From Candidatus Hermodarchaeum yapensis (GTDB taxonomy: Archaea > Asgardarchaeota > Hermodarchaeia > Hermodarchaeales > Hermodarchaeaceae): a DNA stretch of 64,000 bases. The stretch is from contig JAEOSK010000001.1 in the NCBI GenBank assembly GCA_016840405.1, positions 40,952-104,951 on the forward strand, given 5' to 3'. The number at the start of each line of letters is the position of its first letter. The first letter of the stretch is position 1. Below are positions 36,437-46,281 of this stretch, piece after piece. The notes under the pieces are model-generated. The model was given only the letters and a program-made list of their open reading frames with translations, was not told the DNA's origin and made no database searches. A program made the translations under genes and the position numbers.

Positions 36437-37282
36437 CTAAGGGTCGTGCGGCAACGCTCCAAGCAGACCTCCAACAACAGGGCTGCCGAGTGATCTTTTA
36501 CTTTGAACTTCGTCCGGCAGTTGTTGGCGACCTTCACCACGATCTATAGCTTCTGGATTCGATTCTGCCTTATCTTCTGCTACCGCTGCTTTTGCCCTCC
36601 TAGCACGACGGCGGATGATAATGCGGTAAAGAATGAAAACCACTAAGAAGACGATTAAAAGGACAAGGATTAGGGTTTCGAAAAGATCTATCATCTCTGC
36701 TAAATTTTGCCATCCTACCCCAATTACCCATCCTAAAAGACCAAGAATCAGATATCGAGGAAGCGCACCCAAGAAGGTGAAAAACGCAAACCGTTTTGCA
36801 TCCGCCCGCAGAGCTCCATAGAGCACTGAGACAACGGAAAGCGGGATAATGGGGACAGCTCGGGCCGTGAATAAGTAGATTTCATCACGGGAAGAAGCCT
36901 CCATGTTTTTGCGCATATACTCAATTTCTTCAATAGAAGTTCCTAGATATTTACCATACCGTTCGATGATTGGATAACCACCGAAGTAGGCAATGCCATA
37001 ACCGAAAAATGATCCGATGGTTGCCGCAAGAGCCCCAACTAGCATCACACTAAACAGGATTACAAAGATGGACTCCAGAGGCGTTAACTCAAAGGTTAGG
37101 ATGAATCCCGCTGCCATCGGAACAAGTGGCGATGGAATGGGAGCAATGAATGTTTCAATCATAACACCAAAGAACACGCCTACTGGGCCCAATGCAGTGA
37201 CCCATGAAATAAGAATCCAAATGATACTTTCTACCCACACATCAAACGCATGTAACCAGGCGATAATTACGTCAATAATCAA
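36437..37282 (-). CDS. DedA/VTT(TVP38)-family membrane protein with basic C-terminal tail
   Basis: LYGALRADAKRFAFFTFLGALPRYLILGLLGW motif region, 5-6 TM. Confidence 0.5.
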   Translation of the reverse strand: MIIDVIIAWLHAFDVWVESIIWILISWVTALGPVGVFFGVMIETFIAPIPSPLVPMAAGFILTFELTPLESIFVILFSVMLVGALAATIGSFFGYGIAYFGGYPIIERYGKYLGTSIEEIEYMRKNMEASSRDEIYLFTARAVPIIPLSVVSVLYGALRADAKRFAFFTFLGALPRYLILGLLGWVIGVGWQNLAEMIDLFETLILVLLIVFLVVFILYRIIIRRRARRAKAAVAEDKAESNPEAIDRGEGRQQLPDEVQSKRSLGSPVVGGLLGALPHDP

Positions 37283-37325
37283 TCTTAGCTCTCCTTAGAT
37301 ACGAGCGCTGGGTATTGTTTGGTTT

Positions 37326-37682
37326 TTATTCACCAGGATGCTTACTCATTATGTCTTCCCGAGACAGAAACTCGGGATCATCGACGATGGCAATACTACC
37401 ATAGCGTCCCGCGGAAAGTTCCATCTCGCCACGAAACGTTTTGATAAAACCATTTTCAACCTCGACGATTACACCTTCATCAACTTTGTCGATGTCATCA
37501 TTCCACAGGGACAATTTGATTGTACCTGTTTCATCTCCCGCTTGGGCCGTGGTAACACGTGCCTTTCCATATCGTGTTTGCACATCTCGAACCGGCTCTA
37601 ATGTCAAGATACGTAAACGAATGTCAACACGACGCGATGCAGACGTTAGTTCATGAACTTTCATTTTCTGAAAAACCTTCAT
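37326..37682 (-). CDS. OB-fold single-stranded nucleic-acid-binding protein (RPA/SSB-like)
   Basis: 118 aa, GDETGTIKLSLW...VENGFIK...GEMELSAGRYG beta-rich OB pattern. Confidence 0.5.
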   Translation of the reverse strand: MKVFQKMKVHELTSASRRVDIRLRILTLEPVRDVQTRYGKARVTTAQAGDETGTIKLSLWNDDIDKVDEGVIVEVENGFIKTFRGEMELSAGRYGSIAIVDDPEFLSREDIMSKHPGE

Positions 37683-37746
37683 AACAGGAATTTACCAAGG
37701 ATGTACTAATGCACACTTTTAAAAATTGTAGGGTAACAGGTTTTTC

Positions 37747-39489
37747 GTGAGACGAAGTGAATTTTGCATGCCTTCACCCACGCCGTTTAACAAACTTGCT
37801 GAAGTGTCTGAAAAAATCTTGGCGACTACAAAACGCCTGGAAAAAATGGATGCTGCAGGTTCCTTCCTCTCAAACGCTCATCCTGATGAGATAGAAGCCG
37901 CTTCGCTTCTTCTGATTGGCCGTCCATTTCCACGGACTAGTCAACGGACATTAGACCTTGATTGGTCAGCGCTATACAAGGTTCTTCAAGAGTTACTGCA
38001 ACCGTCTTCCGAATTAATCAGTGAGTTGTTTGCACAGTCAGGTGACATTGGTGAGGTGGTTCACCAATTGTTCCTGCGTTCAGGGAAAATTCGACAAACA
38101 ACACTTTTCACTGTGCCTTTATACGTTCAAGAGGTATATTCCATATTCACAGAAATCGCTGATGTTCAGGGTCCAGGGTCACGAAAACGAAAAACAGCAC
38201 TTCTACGGTCACTATTCACTCGCGCCACACCACTTGAAGCAAAGTATCTAGCCAAAATTTTGGTGGGTGACCAACGGATTGGGTTTAGTGAAGGGATGCT
38301 TGAAAGCACAATTGCGCGAAAGTTAGACCTCTCTCTCGATTTGGTCCGTCGGGCGAACATGCTGAGAGGTAACATTGGTGAGGTTGCACAAATTGCATTC
38401 ACCGAGGGTGTTGAAGGTCTTGAAAAGGTCGAATTACGCCCCTTTACTCCGCTCCTACCCATGCTTGCTTCTCAAGCTGAAAATGCTGAGAATGCCCTTC
38501 AAACACATGATGGAACATCTGCGTTTGAAACGAAAATTGATGGGGCTCGAGTTCAAATTCACATGCAACATCAAAATGACACACACCAGATACGGATTTA
38601 CAGCAAACGACTCACTGAAGTCACACCCAGCTTCCCTGATCTCGTTGAGCTTGTTGAACGAGAAGTGAAAACACAAAGCTGTATTCTTGAAGGTGAAGTT
38701 CTAGCGATGGATGCACAAGGACGACCTTATCCCTTTCAACACTTAATGCGACGATTCCGACGTGTACGTAATGTCGAAGAAATGATGGCTGAATTACCTG
38801 TAACCCTGTTTCTCTTCGATTTATTGATGATAGATGGTAAAGTGCTCATTGATACACTCTACACCAGTCGACGCGAAAAACTAGACAAAGTACGGGGGAC
38901 AATACCCTTAGTCGATCAATTGGTGTCCTCTAAAGTGGATGAAGTATCGGCTTTCTTTGACAAGGCCATTGAAGCTGGGCACGAGGGACTCGTAGCGAAA
39001 AGGCTCGACAGCACCTATCAGCCCGGTATCCGAGGTAAAGCTTGGCTGAAAATTAAACGGAGTATGGAAACCTTAGATTTAGTAATTATTGCTGCCGAGT
39101 GGGGAACCGGTCGGAGACATAAATGGCTCAGCGATTACCACCTAGCGGCTCAAGATCCAGAAACAGGCGAATATCATATGTTGGGAAAAACGTTCAAAGG
39201 TCTAACTGATGCTGAATTTGCAGAGATCACCCAACGGCTTTTAGAGCTGAAAATTGAACAAACGCGAGGAACCGTTAGGGTTCAACCACGAATTGTCGTT
39301 GAAGTCGAATATGATGAGATTCAACGAAGCCCAACGTATCAATCCGGTATGGCCCTTCGGTTCGCACGAATCAAACGCCTTCGCTACGATAAAGGTCCAG
39401 AGGACGCAGATACCATACACCGGGTTCAAGCATTATATGACTCCCAGTTCTCTAGGAAAGCCTCATCAGATCTCGTAGGCCGAAGCTAA
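37747..39489 (+). CDS. lig: ATP-dependent DNA ligase (start probably at Met8, ~37768)
   Basis: adenylation motif KIDGARVQIH (KxDG), 580 aa archaeal ligase architecture. Confidence 0.85.
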   Translation: MRRSEFCMPSPTPFNKLAEVSEKILATTKRLEKMDAAGSFLSNAHPDEIEAASLLLIGRPFPRTSQRTLDLDWSALYKVLQELLQPSSELISELFAQSGDIGEVVHQLFLRSGKIRQTTLFTVPLYVQEVYSIFTEIADVQGPGSRKRKTALLRSLFTRATPLEAKYLAKILVGDQRIGFSEGMLESTIARKLDLSLDLVRRANMLRGNIGEVAQIAFTEGVEGLEKVELRPFTPLLPMLASQAENAENALQTHDGTSAFETKIDGARVQIHMQHQNDTHQIRIYSKRLTEVTPSFPDLVELVEREVKTQSCILEGEVLAMDAQGRPYPFQHLMRRFRRVRNVEEMMAELPVTLFLFDLLMIDGKVLIDTLYTSRREKLDKVRGTIPLVDQLVSSKVDEVSAFFDKAIEAGHEGLVAKRLDSTYQPGIRGKAWLKIKRSMETLDLVIIAAEWGTGRRHKWLSDYHLAAQDPETGEYHMLGKTFKGLTDAEFAEITQRLLELKIEQTRGTVRVQPRIVVEVEYDEIQRSPTYQSGMALRFARIKRLRYDKGPEDADTIHRVQALYDSQFSRKASSDLVGRS

Positions 39490-39505
39490 ATTCCTCGATG
39501 ATGAT

Positions 39506-42500
39506 TTAGCTCCGAAGACGGATTTCTTGAGAAGCCGAAATCCATCGAGGTCCAAGCGTTCGGTTAAAGAGTGAAATGTAACTAGCTTGATCACTAACCA
39601 CGGCAACAATTTCACCCTGGTCCACTGCTGTTGGAGCAATAAGGACTTCTTCACCATCACGTGATCCTCCATAAAATTTCATTACAGGATTATCCCAAAT
39701 TCGGATATTCCCTTGTTGGAGGAGTTTCTTCGCGCTTGTCTTATGTTTATCACCATCAAGAGTAGTAATTATATGAACACGACTTTGGGGCTTGACCTTA
39801 CTCAGTTCATCGATTGGCACTTCCTCAAAGGAAGGATACACCAACGTGACTGTCTCGTTGACACGTCGAAACATTTCCAACAGATGGTTCTGAACACCCT
39901 CACAGGTTACTACTATGCCAGTTCGTTCGACCTCAGCGAGTTGAAGAGTAGAAAGCGTTTCCCATAAACCAGCTAGGATTTGTTCAGTACCAGTGGCTTG
40001 GTTCCGGAGGCGCTCTAGGATGGGCTCTGTTTTCATCGAAAAGAGCTGCAATGTATTAACTGATGTGGTTTCTGCTGATTTTGCTTTAGATGTAATTTCT
40101 TTGGCAAGAGTTTGGTATTCGGTTTTCAGAGTTTGTCGCTCTTTGCTCAATGTCCGGCTTATCCTTCTCCCCGTTTGTTGTGTCTGAGCAACCAATCCTT
40201 CTTCTGCGGTTTCTGTGATTTGTTGTACCGCCGCTAGAATATTACTACTCCTTTGATTAATATCGGTCAATGCGGTCTCTTCGAATTGTTGCATCACCTC
40301 ATTCGTATGACGAATATTATCTTGGGTGGCACGAGCCAACCGGGTCTTAATCAAATCGAGGGATTTTGCATGGCTTTGAAGGCTTTGTTCAATATCCTGG
40401 CCAAATGCTGTTTTGAGTTTCTCATTGTCTTCATCGATAGCTTGACTTGTATCAGAAATAATTTTGCTTAGCTCTCTTTGAGAGCCAGAAAGTGTCGATG
40501 TGCTCAACTCAATAAGCTGATCTAGGGTTGCATTTACGCTATTACCTAAAGCGGATAACTTCTCTCGTAGCTGGTCTGACAGAGTGTTGGTGTGTGTAGT
40601 CAAACTACTCTGTTGAGCCTGAATTATCTCCGCACCTTTTGATACGGTTTGATTTTTGGTTTCTTCTAACACCATTTCAATTTGTTCGCTTGTAAGAACA
40701 GATCCTTCCTTTCCTTCTTCAGCAATTTGTGTCAGTTGATCGATTAATTGAGTTTGAATCGTATTAAGCTCTTCAACAAAGGATTGAAACACAGATGAAC
40801 TCTCTTTACTAAGTGATGCTTGTTGGTCATCAATAGCAGTTAGCAAATTCACTTTATTCATTTCAAGCAGTTTACTTGATTCTGTGTTAATCGTTTCACT
40901 AGTGCTTCCAATTGCCTCAACCAGTTTGGAAGCAACAGTTTGTAATTGTACAAGCTCCTGCTGGAGAGTAGACACATAGTCTTCAGTTTCATCCAAAAGT
41001 GCAGTAGCAAAGGTTCCTAAGTGTTTATCAATTGCATTTCGTTGCTCATCAATTTTCGAAGCACAAGTTTGCCCAATATTCTCAATTATGTCCTGGGTAC
41101 TAGTAATTTGGTTTTGATCAAAATTCTTTAGTTGGGTTTGAATTTCAGAAATTGTCGCAGTCACAGTCGCACTTTGTTCACGGATTAGGTCTCGCATGTG
41201 ATCAACTATGTCTTCTGCGCGTTTGGTTTGTGATTCTGATTCGTTTTGAACGCTTTCCACAAATTTGTCAGCTGTTTGACGAATTGCAGAAAGGTTGGAG
41301 TCAGTTGCTGTTTCAATCTCGTCTGACATTGTCTCCATTTTTTGCGTCAAGATGGTTTCTTGAGCGCTAATATCCTCGACTAATCCTTCCAGTAGAGTTT
41401 CTGTTTCATTAAGCTGGGCAAGGCAATCTTCTTGCATTTCATTGATTCCCTGAGTAAGTTGTTCATTGAATCCTGTTTTCTCGCGTTCAAAGGCTTGAGC
41501 TGTGGCTGTCAGTAAATTCCCTGCATCATCTCCAAAATTCGCGAGCGTCGTGGAAACATTCACCGTTGCTTGATCAACAGCCGAACCAATAGCTGTATTA
41601 AGGGCATTAAGATTCGCTGCGATATTAGACGAATAGTCATCCATTATCTTGGTAATGGGCAGCCAATAACGATCAACTCGTGTTTTCACACGCGTATCAT
41701 ACTTTTCAAGAGCCTCACCTAGCTTAGTTTCAAGGGCTTGAATTGTGGAGCTTACAGGAGGCGCCTGAGTATCTTGATATTCTCGGAGTTTTTCTGACAA
41801 TTGAGTTCGAAGACGTTTATCTAAGCTATTTTGAAACGCAGTATTTGCTTGAACTTCCAGATCTGCATAACTGTTTGTGAGGGTTGTTTGATAGTTTTCT
41901 ACTGCTGTGCTGGAACCTTTCTTCACAAGGTTGGTAAGTGTAATTTTCAAGTCATTGCTGTAATTAGCATAGAGTAGCTGTTCATGAAGGGATCTGAGTT
42001 TGGTTGCGATGTTTTTCGCATAGTCTTTTTGTTGTTTTTCAAGAATAGATTGATAATCAACGAAGATTGACTGGGGAGTAATGACCTGGCTGTGAAGATG
42101 CTGTTCAGCTAATCCTGGGAGTAGTTCTTGAGGGAGTTGTTGCAGGGTCGAAAGTGTTTCTTCAAATATTGTTGAAATTTGTGATTCCCGGTCAGTTTGA
42201 TTGCGGAGTTTCTCTCGAAATTCATCCAAAATGACAGTTAATTCGTTTGTGAGTTTATCACGAACCATCTTCTTCTCTTTTGGTAAAAGGGTCTTTGGAA
42301 GGGCAAGAACTCGGTTCACGGTTTTTTGGAATAGGGTGTCTATTTGTTTTTCTCGCTTAATCTGCCGTGATACTTTCGTTTTACAATTACGAAGATTGGC
42401 AGTTATCTGAGTTGAGAATTCTTCGTTTATTAACTCGATGAGCTTTTGGGTTTGCTCATCTTGTATTGTATTGAATTCTTCACGGGTCTTTTTGAAAATT

Positions 42501-44893
42501 GTATCAGATTGTTTGTTGAAAGCTGCGTATTGTTTTGCAGTAAAGTCTTGAAATGCTGTCAAGAGTGTATCAAGTTGTGTTTTTATGCTCAAGATGATTT
42601 TCTTGTTAATTCTCTTGAGTGCAGCTTTTGTTACTTGCTTTCTTCCAGCTAATTGGGCGGTTTTGGCTGCTTGCTTTTCCAAGGTTGTTTGTTTGTTTTT
42701 CAGTGTGGTCTTGTAACCATCTAAGGCTGCTAGGGCATTTGGAGGTATTATTTCTGAAAGAGAGGTAGTTAGACCATTGATTACTTTTAGATCTCTGTTG
42801 GTTAACTGAGTTGAATGGGATTGAACGGCCTTAGCAATCGCTGCTTCTCGTTTATCTTGAATTTCAATAATTGAGGGCTGAAACTCTGCAATTGCGGTTT
42901 CAACTTTGGCAATCTGTTCCTGTCTTAAACGGGTTGCAGTGGTTTCAACACCATCAGAGTATTGTTTCACAATATTTTCAAGTTGGGAAAATTCCCTTTG
43001 CAACTCTGAGGTTGATGTGTTCGTGATTTTATTCAAGGCTGCTTTAAATGTACGCAGCTGTTTATCTACAATTTGTTGAGTCTTGGTGGCTTTAGTGATA
43101 TTTTCTGCTGCTGCCTGTTTAACTGCCTTCTGGGTTTGTCTAATCCTGTCTTGAGCATATTGACCGATTTGATCCTTAGTTGTTTTTAGGCTAACAAGCA
43201 CAACGTTTCTTTCTTGGTTTACCAGTTTTTGGACCCGTTTACTAAGAGTACGACTCTGTTCTTCTTGTAATGCAATTTTCGATTGGAAATCGGTGAGAAA
43301 CGATTCAGTAGTTTTTTGGGCAGTTGTCAACCGTCGTTTTAGCCGTTTTCCAATCTGGCCTCCCATGGATTTGAAATTCTTTTGCAGAGTGGTTTGTGTT
43401 GCAGCAAAATTCTTGATTATTGATTGGAGGAGAGTGCGTACTTCAAGAAGGTGGGAAAGGTAAGCATCCCTCATTTCGATACCTAAACCTTCACTGGCGG
43501 CCTCAAGGATTTGTTCATGTTCTAATTTCACTTGTTCTGTAAGCGCGGCTAAATCAAATTTGATTTTTGAGAACTGATTAAACGTGAGTGCAGAAGGTGG
43601 CCATTGAGCAATAGTTGTGCTCGCTTCTTTATGCAACCCTTGGAATCCCCGGCTAGTGGTTTCAAATGACTTCTGCAACTCTTGAAAGAGGGAATTAGTG
43701 ATTTGAACAGAAGTTTTTCGGGAGGTATTTATTGTAGTTTCCATTTCAGTTGCGGTTTTATTTGCTCTCTGTGTTAAACGGCGGCCATCTTTCTTCAGCG
43801 CCTTCTCCATTTGTACTACAGTTTCATTCAATGCCTGGGTTCGTCGCGTCCAAACATCAAAAACTTGAGTGTTGATATCTTGAATGCTCTTTGAGAGGGT
43901 TTTTTCAATGCCTGCTTGAAAAGTTTTGAGGGCTTGTTGTGATTCTTGACTATAGGTGTCGATTTTGCTTGTAAGATCAATAGCAGTTTCGTCTGTAATT
44001 TCTGATGTACCTTCTTTTTGTGTCGTAATTCCTGCTGATAATGTCTTGAGGGTGGAATCAACACTTCTCTGGTAAACGGAGTCGGCGTCTTCAAGGTGTG
44101 ATTTCACTTGTTGGGTACAGGTATCCGCTTGATTGAGTACACGGTCTGCAATTGTTGTGGTCCATTGTTCTGTTTCCTCTCTGTGAGTTTCCATCGCCTT
44201 GTTGGCATCGTCCAAAGCTAGTTTCTGGGTGTCCTCGAATTGCTTTTTTCCCTCTCCTATTGTTTGTTTAAGAGATTGTTGCAGAGCAATTGTTTGATTT
44301 GATAGTTCATCGGTGCTTGAAGCAGAAAGATTGGTCAAAGCTTTTTGAAGGTTTTCAGAAACATTGCTCAAAACAATATTTGTGGTCATCGCGGCTTCAT
44401 TCAATGCAATTCCCTGTCGCTCATTCAGATGTTCCAAGGATGAACGGATCTGTCTGGTCATGGACTGTAATTCGCTGTGTATCTCGTCTGTGGTTTTGTT
44501 TTGAAGTTTTTGTAATTCTTTCCATGACGCCCGAGTTTCCTTAGAAAATGCTTGAACTTCATTAGCTAGTTCCTTATAGGGTGCAAAAGCTCGGTAACGA
44601 GCAACCACGCCGGGGAGCGGTTTGACCAACTGTTTCTTCACGAGTGCGGCGATTGTACTCTCGACTTTGACTAGAGGAACGCCTGAATAGAGACTTATTT
44701 CTCCGGGTGTTAGTCGGCCCATAATTAGCAAAGCCGTGTATACTCGGCTCTGTGGCTCAGAAAGTTTAAATTGGACCTGCAATGCTAAAAGCAAGTCCGG
44801 AGAAATCTCAATTGGTGCTGGGCACTGTGGAGAACTTGCCTTCTCCCTTTCTGGGGCTGGAGGGGGGTTAGAATTACCTTCTTGTGGCGTCAT
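39506..44893 (-). CDS. giant (1795 aa) coiled-coil protein with N-terminal TrmB-like winged-helix domain and ~130-aa C-terminal globular domain
   Basis: N-term LSEPQSRVYTALLIMGRLTPGEISLYSGVPLVKVESTIAALVKKQLV = TrmB-type HTH; ~1500 aa of Q/T/E/K-rich heptads; no Walker motifs. Confidence 0.8.
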   Translation of the reverse strand: MTPQEGNSNPPPAPEREKASSPQCPAPIEISPDLLLALQVQFKLSEPQSRVYTALLIMGRLTPGEISLYSGVPLVKVESTIAALVKKQLVKPLPGVVARYRAFAPYKELANEVQAFSKETRASWKELQKLQNKTTDEIHSELQSMTRQIRSSLEHLNERQGIALNEAAMTTNIVLSNVSENLQKALTNLSASSTDELSNQTIALQQSLKQTIGEGKKQFEDTQKLALDDANKAMETHREETEQWTTTIADRVLNQADTCTQQVKSHLEDADSVYQRSVDSTLKTLSAGITTQKEGTSEITDETAIDLTSKIDTYSQESQQALKTFQAGIEKTLSKSIQDINTQVFDVWTRRTQALNETVVQMEKALKKDGRRLTQRANKTATEMETTINTSRKTSVQITNSLFQELQKSFETTSRGFQGLHKEASTTIAQWPPSALTFNQFSKIKFDLAALTEQVKLEHEQILEAASEGLGIEMRDAYLSHLLEVRTLLQSIIKNFAATQTTLQKNFKSMGGQIGKRLKRRLTTAQKTTESFLTDFQSKIALQEEQSRTLSKRVQKLVNQERNVVLVSLKTTKDQIGQYAQDRIRQTQKAVKQAAAENITKATKTQQIVDKQLRTFKAALNKITNTSTSELQREFSQLENIVKQYSDGVETTATRLRQEQIAKVETAIAEFQPSIIEIQDKREAAIAKAVQSHSTQLTNRDLKVINGLTTSLSEIIPPNALAALDGYKTTLKNKQTTLEKQAAKTAQLAGRKQVTKAALKRINKKIILSIKTQLDTLLTAFQDFTAKQYAAFNKQSDTIFKKTREEFNTIQDEQTQKLIELINEEFSTQITANLRNCKTKVSRQIKREKQIDTLFQKTVNRVLALPKTLLPKEKKMVRDKLTNELTVILDEFREKLRNQTDRESQISTIFEETLSTLQQLPQELLPGLAEQHLHSQVITPQSIFVDYQSILEKQQKDYAKNIATKLRSLHEQLLYANYSNDLKITLTNLVKKGSSTAVENYQTTLTNSYADLEVQANTAFQNSLDKRLRTQLSEKLREYQDTQAPPVSSTIQALETKLGEALEKYDTRVKTRVDRYWLPITKIMDDYSSNIAANLNALNTAIGSAVDQATVNVSTTLANFGDDAGNLLTATAQAFEREKTGFNEQLTQGINEMQEDCLAQLNETETLLEGLVEDISAQETILTQKMETMSDEIETATDSNLSAIRQTADKFVESVQNESESQTKRAEDIVDHMRDLIREQSATVTATISEIQTQLKNFDQNQITSTQDIIENIGQTCASKIDEQRNAIDKHLGTFATALLDETEDYVSTLQQELVQLQTVASKLVEAIGSTSETINTESSKLLEMNKVNLLTAIDDQQASLSKESSSVFQSFVEELNTIQTQLIDQLTQIAEEGKEGSVLTSEQIEMVLEETKNQTVSKGAEIIQAQQSSLTTHTNTLSDQLREKLSALGNSVNATLDQLIELSTSTLSGSQRELSKIISDTSQAIDEDNEKLKTAFGQDIEQSLQSHAKSLDLIKTRLARATQDNIRHTNEVMQQFEETALTDINQRSSNILAAVQQITETAEEGLVAQTQQTGRRISRTLSKERQTLKTEYQTLAKEITSKAKSAETTSVNTLQLFSMKTEPILERLRNQATGTEQILAGLWETLSTLQLAEVERTGIVVTCEGVQNHLLEMFRRVNETVTLVYPSFEEVPIDELSKVKPQSRVHIITTLDGDKHKTSAKKLLQQGNIRIWDNPVMKFYGGSRDGEEVLIAPTAVDQGEIVAVVSDQASYISLFNRTLGPRWISASQEIRLRS

Positions 44894-45012
44894 ATCTTAT
44901 CACCAAATCAATTCCACGGTTGCTTACGTAAGAGGTGGATGGAATCGACTGCTGCGATAGTACTTGTTTCTCGTACCCCTCTATAAGGATGCCGCGCCTT
45001 TGATGTTAAAAT

Positions 45013-46188
45013 TTAGTAACTTTCTTTGAGCATTTGTTCTTGAGCTGCTAAAACTCCAGAACCAATGGGTACATCATAGCCAAGACGTTTCAGTACTACC
45101 TCAATGATAGCGATTGTTGCTAACACGTCTCGTTCAGTACAGATGTTCATGTGGTTAGTTCGCCAAATCTTTCCTTTGACTGGACCTTGACCACCTGCAA
45201 TGAGAATTCCCAGATTACGAACTTGATTCCGAAATTCCTTGTCAGTAATGCCGCCTGGATATCTGACGGCTGTTACAGTGTTAGAATAAAAGGCGGGGTC
45301 AGCAAGGAGGTCAAGACCCATCCCAAGGTATCCTGCCCGAGTAATTCTTCCTAAACGGCGATGACGTTCAATTCGCTGTTCATAGCCTTCCTCAAACATT
45401 AAGGTCAGAGACTCGTGGAGTCCGTACATGAGGGTGACTGCCGAGGTGAAAGGTGAATCGCCAAAACTGTCATAGCGCTTCTTCGCCTTTACCAAATCAA
45501 GGTAGTAAGTGGGGTTCGGCTGTTTTCGAGTATCAATCTTTTTCCAGGCACGTGAACCCACCCAGATAACTCCAAGGCCCGGTGGCACACCAAGGCATTT
45601 CTGGCTTCCTGTAACCAAAATGTCAAAATTCCACTTATCTGGATAAACGTAATCTCCACCAACAGATGTGATACCATCAACAATGAGGAGGCGGTCATAA
45701 TCACGCACAATCTGGCCGATTTCTTTGGCTGGATTAAGAACACCTGTTGACGTTTCGTTGTGACAAATCGTTACTGCCCTAATTGAAGCATCTGAAGCTA
45801 ACGCTTCGCGTACAGCCTCGGGGCTAGCTGCTTGACCGTAAGTAACCTCCTGTAGTTCAGATTTTGCACCAAATGCTGTAGTAATTTCTTGCCAGCGTTC
45901 ACTAAATTTTCCGTTGATCACGTTTAGAACTTTTTCGCCGGGTTCAATCGCATTTGCAATAGCCGCTTCCATCGCAGCCGTTCCCGATCCCGCAAACAAT
46001 AACACGTCTTGTTCTGTCTGAAGTAACCGTTGTAGGAGTCCAACTGTCTCTTTGTAGGTGGTCTGGTACTCTTTTGTTCGATGACCATATATGACTCGTG
46101 ACATCGCCCGATAAACACGTGGGTGAATCGGTACAGGTCCAGGAATCATCAGGGTGGTAAGCTCTTCATCATACATGTTAATACACAC
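45013..46188 (-). CDS. class V aminotransferase (serine/alanine-glyoxylate aminotransferase family)
   Basis: PLP-lysine region GSQKCLGVPPGLG, 391 aa. Confidence 0.7.
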   Translation of the reverse strand: MCINMYDEELTTLMIPGPVPIHPRVYRAMSRVIYGHRTKEYQTTYKETVGLLQRLLQTEQDVLLFAGSGTAAMEAAIANAIEPGEKVLNVINGKFSERWQEITTAFGAKSELQEVTYGQAASPEAVREALASDASIRAVTICHNETSTGVLNPAKEIGQIVRDYDRLLIVDGITSVGGDYVYPDKWNFDILVTGSQKCLGVPPGLGVIWVGSRAWKKIDTRKQPNPTYYLDLVKAKKRYDSFGDSPFTSAVTLMYGLHESLTLMFEEGYEQRIERHRRLGRITRAGYLGMGLDLLADPAFYSNTVTAVRYPGGITDKEFRNQVRNLGILIAGGQGPVKGKIWRTNHMNICTERDVLATIAIIEVVLKRLGYDVPIGSGVLAAQEQMLKESY

Positions 46189-46281
46189 CTGTCAACACTC
46201 ATGCCCCCGCTGAACATTTTCCGTTATAAGCCTTTGTGTTAGGATTGAGTCTCAATTTTTCCTCTAATTATAAGAACTGAG

